Source of the DNA: Squalus acanthias
Lineage: Eukaryota
DNA length: 64,000 bases
Direction: 5' to 3'
Assembly: GCA_030390025.1 (NCBI GenBank)
Contig: CM059432.1
Span: 49,726,001 to 49,790,000 of the forward strand
Below, piece by piece: positions 62,933-64,000 of this stretch. The position numbers and the translations under genes were made by a program. Numbering within the stretch: position 1 is the first letter of the stretch; every line of letters starts with the position of its first letter. The notes beneath the pieces are model-generated. The model searched no databases. It had not been told where the DNA came from and saw nothing but the letters and a program-made list of their open reading frames with translations.

Positions 62933-63467
62933 GTTCCCATGCTGCAGGTATATACCTCAGTTGAGGAAGTGCTCAGTCAAGGTGGGGAGAGGGTTTTCCC
63001 AGGAGGTCACAGTGGAGATGGATCTCAGCTTCAACACTTTCAAAATCAGTTGACCTGCAAAAAGTTCTCCAAGACCTGAGAAAAGAAAGTTCTGCCACCT
63101 GCAAATGATCATTGTGGAAAACTCCGTTTTTATGGTGGAGCTGCAGCTCTTAGTAAGCCAACCACTTGTGAACCCGACAGGATTAGCTGGCGTGTTCCAG
63201 GGGAGACGTGCAGCACACGGGAAGTGTGATAAACTCTGAAAGGCCTCTCAAAATGGGATTATAGAGGTACTTAAGTGGTGGTTAAGTGCCTTAAGGGCTC
63301 ATCCCGCCACTTGGAGGCGGAACCGAAACAGAGTCTGCAAGCCCGCCTTTGGGAAAGTTGCGCAGAGGCGGGTTGAAGGCGGGATCTGAGCTCGCCGCCA
63401 TTTTCTGCAACTTTCCTACCTGACCCACCTTCAAACCCGCCTCCTTGGGCCTGGCAAAATCCAGCCC

Positions 63468-63540
63468 ATAGTCCCCAGATCATTAGTCCAGGCCTCTAGG
63501 ATTACTAGTCCAGTAACATAACCACTATGCTAACGTACCC
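63468..63540 (-). promoter_or_regulatory. tRNA-like Pol III internal promoter head of the LINE (box A here; box B at about 54683-54695 across the Harbinger)
   Basis: TAGCATAGTGG fits the box A consensus TRGCNNARYGG. GAGT(A/T)CAAATCCC is B-box-like (GAGTTCAAATCCC in the 33600 copy). Confidence 0.65.
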
Positions 63541-64000
63541 ACGTGACTCTACAAACATTATTATTTCATTTTGTTAATACCATCAAGTTCAAACTATCCG
63601 AGCAAGAAAAGTACTATATTGTACACATCATTAAAAATGTAACAAATTCCATTATCGGAATATATTCTGTTATGAACTATCTGACTGTAACGCATCTTAC
63701 ATAAAGGTACTCATTAAAAATACAATGACCTTGTTCAGAAAGTTATAAATCCTTTGGGGAAAATATACAGTGGTGAAAGAAAGGATTTATAAAGAGTTTT
63801 ATAATAACCATATTTATTACATTAGAAAGAGATAATCAATTGAAAAAAATGTATTGAATGTGTCTACAGTGAGACAGTATCTTATTATCAGGAGACAGAT
63901 CCAGGTCTAAAATAGTTACAGCCTGGACAAAGCCACTCACATGGATTTCAGCTAAATCAATATTAGCCTCTCCTCTCACTTAACATGTTAAAGCATCCAT

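Larger units (their letters stand above)
57171..62940 (-). pseudogene. Harbinger (HARBI1-like) DDE transposase; start ATG at 62940, body 57171-58421
   Basis: [24 protein letters not shown] and IIEQTIG catalytic motifs are intact. In-frame stops at 58146 (TGA, probably from CGA) and 57282. The Gypsy is inserted in codon 3. Confidence 0.92.
54699..63467. mobile_element. Structurally complete two-gene PIF/Harbinger transposon (about 4.25 kb without the Gypsy insert)
   Basis: TIRs AGGCTGGATTTTGCCA / TGGCAAAATCCAGCCC (15/16), 3-bp flanks ATC/ATA. Convergent Myb gene and DDE transposase. Confidence 0.93.
50442..63540 (-). mobile_element. Full-length but decayed ORF1-less CR1/L2-superclade LINE with tRNA-like 5' head (segments 50442-54698 and 63468-63540), hosting five nested insertions
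   Basis: A-tail at 50442. RT motifs QFGFRQGH, DIKAAFDRV, GVPQGSVLGP, GMFADD. APE motifs ESYL, SDHRTV. Head GGGTACGTTAGCATAGTGG at 63540. Confidence 0.85.

Overview
Repeat-dominated vertebrate DNA, almost certainly a cartilaginous fish (shark-type HE1/V-SINE, SacSINE1-like DeuSINE, esterase-ORF1 CR1 LINEs). No host protein-coding gene could be supported. The window is a nested graveyard of transposable elements. It holds at least ten CR1 segments (two very young, near-identical copies) and L2, Tx1 and Penelope-like fragments. There are two clear solo LTRs plus one probable one, and many PIF/Harbinger elements and MITEs carrying convergent Myb/SANT and transposase genes. An ORF1-less LINE begins with a tRNA-like Pol III head and has a matching short derivative. 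The most striking element is a very young, compact 4.5-kb Ty3/Gypsy retrotransposon (58422-62932, identical 215-bp LTRs, GTTCC TSD) inserted in codon 3 of a Harbinger transposase. It has no tRNA primer-binding site. Instead the 13 nt at the PBS position pair perfectly with an LTR segment containing the ATTAAA signal (candidate self-priming or poly(A)-masking fold-back), and its RT carries YLDN instead of YxDD. Also notable: two unrelated Harbingers sit at the same nucleotide just 5' of the Pol III B-box of the tRNA-like head. All family names come from motif recognition by eye, not database searches.
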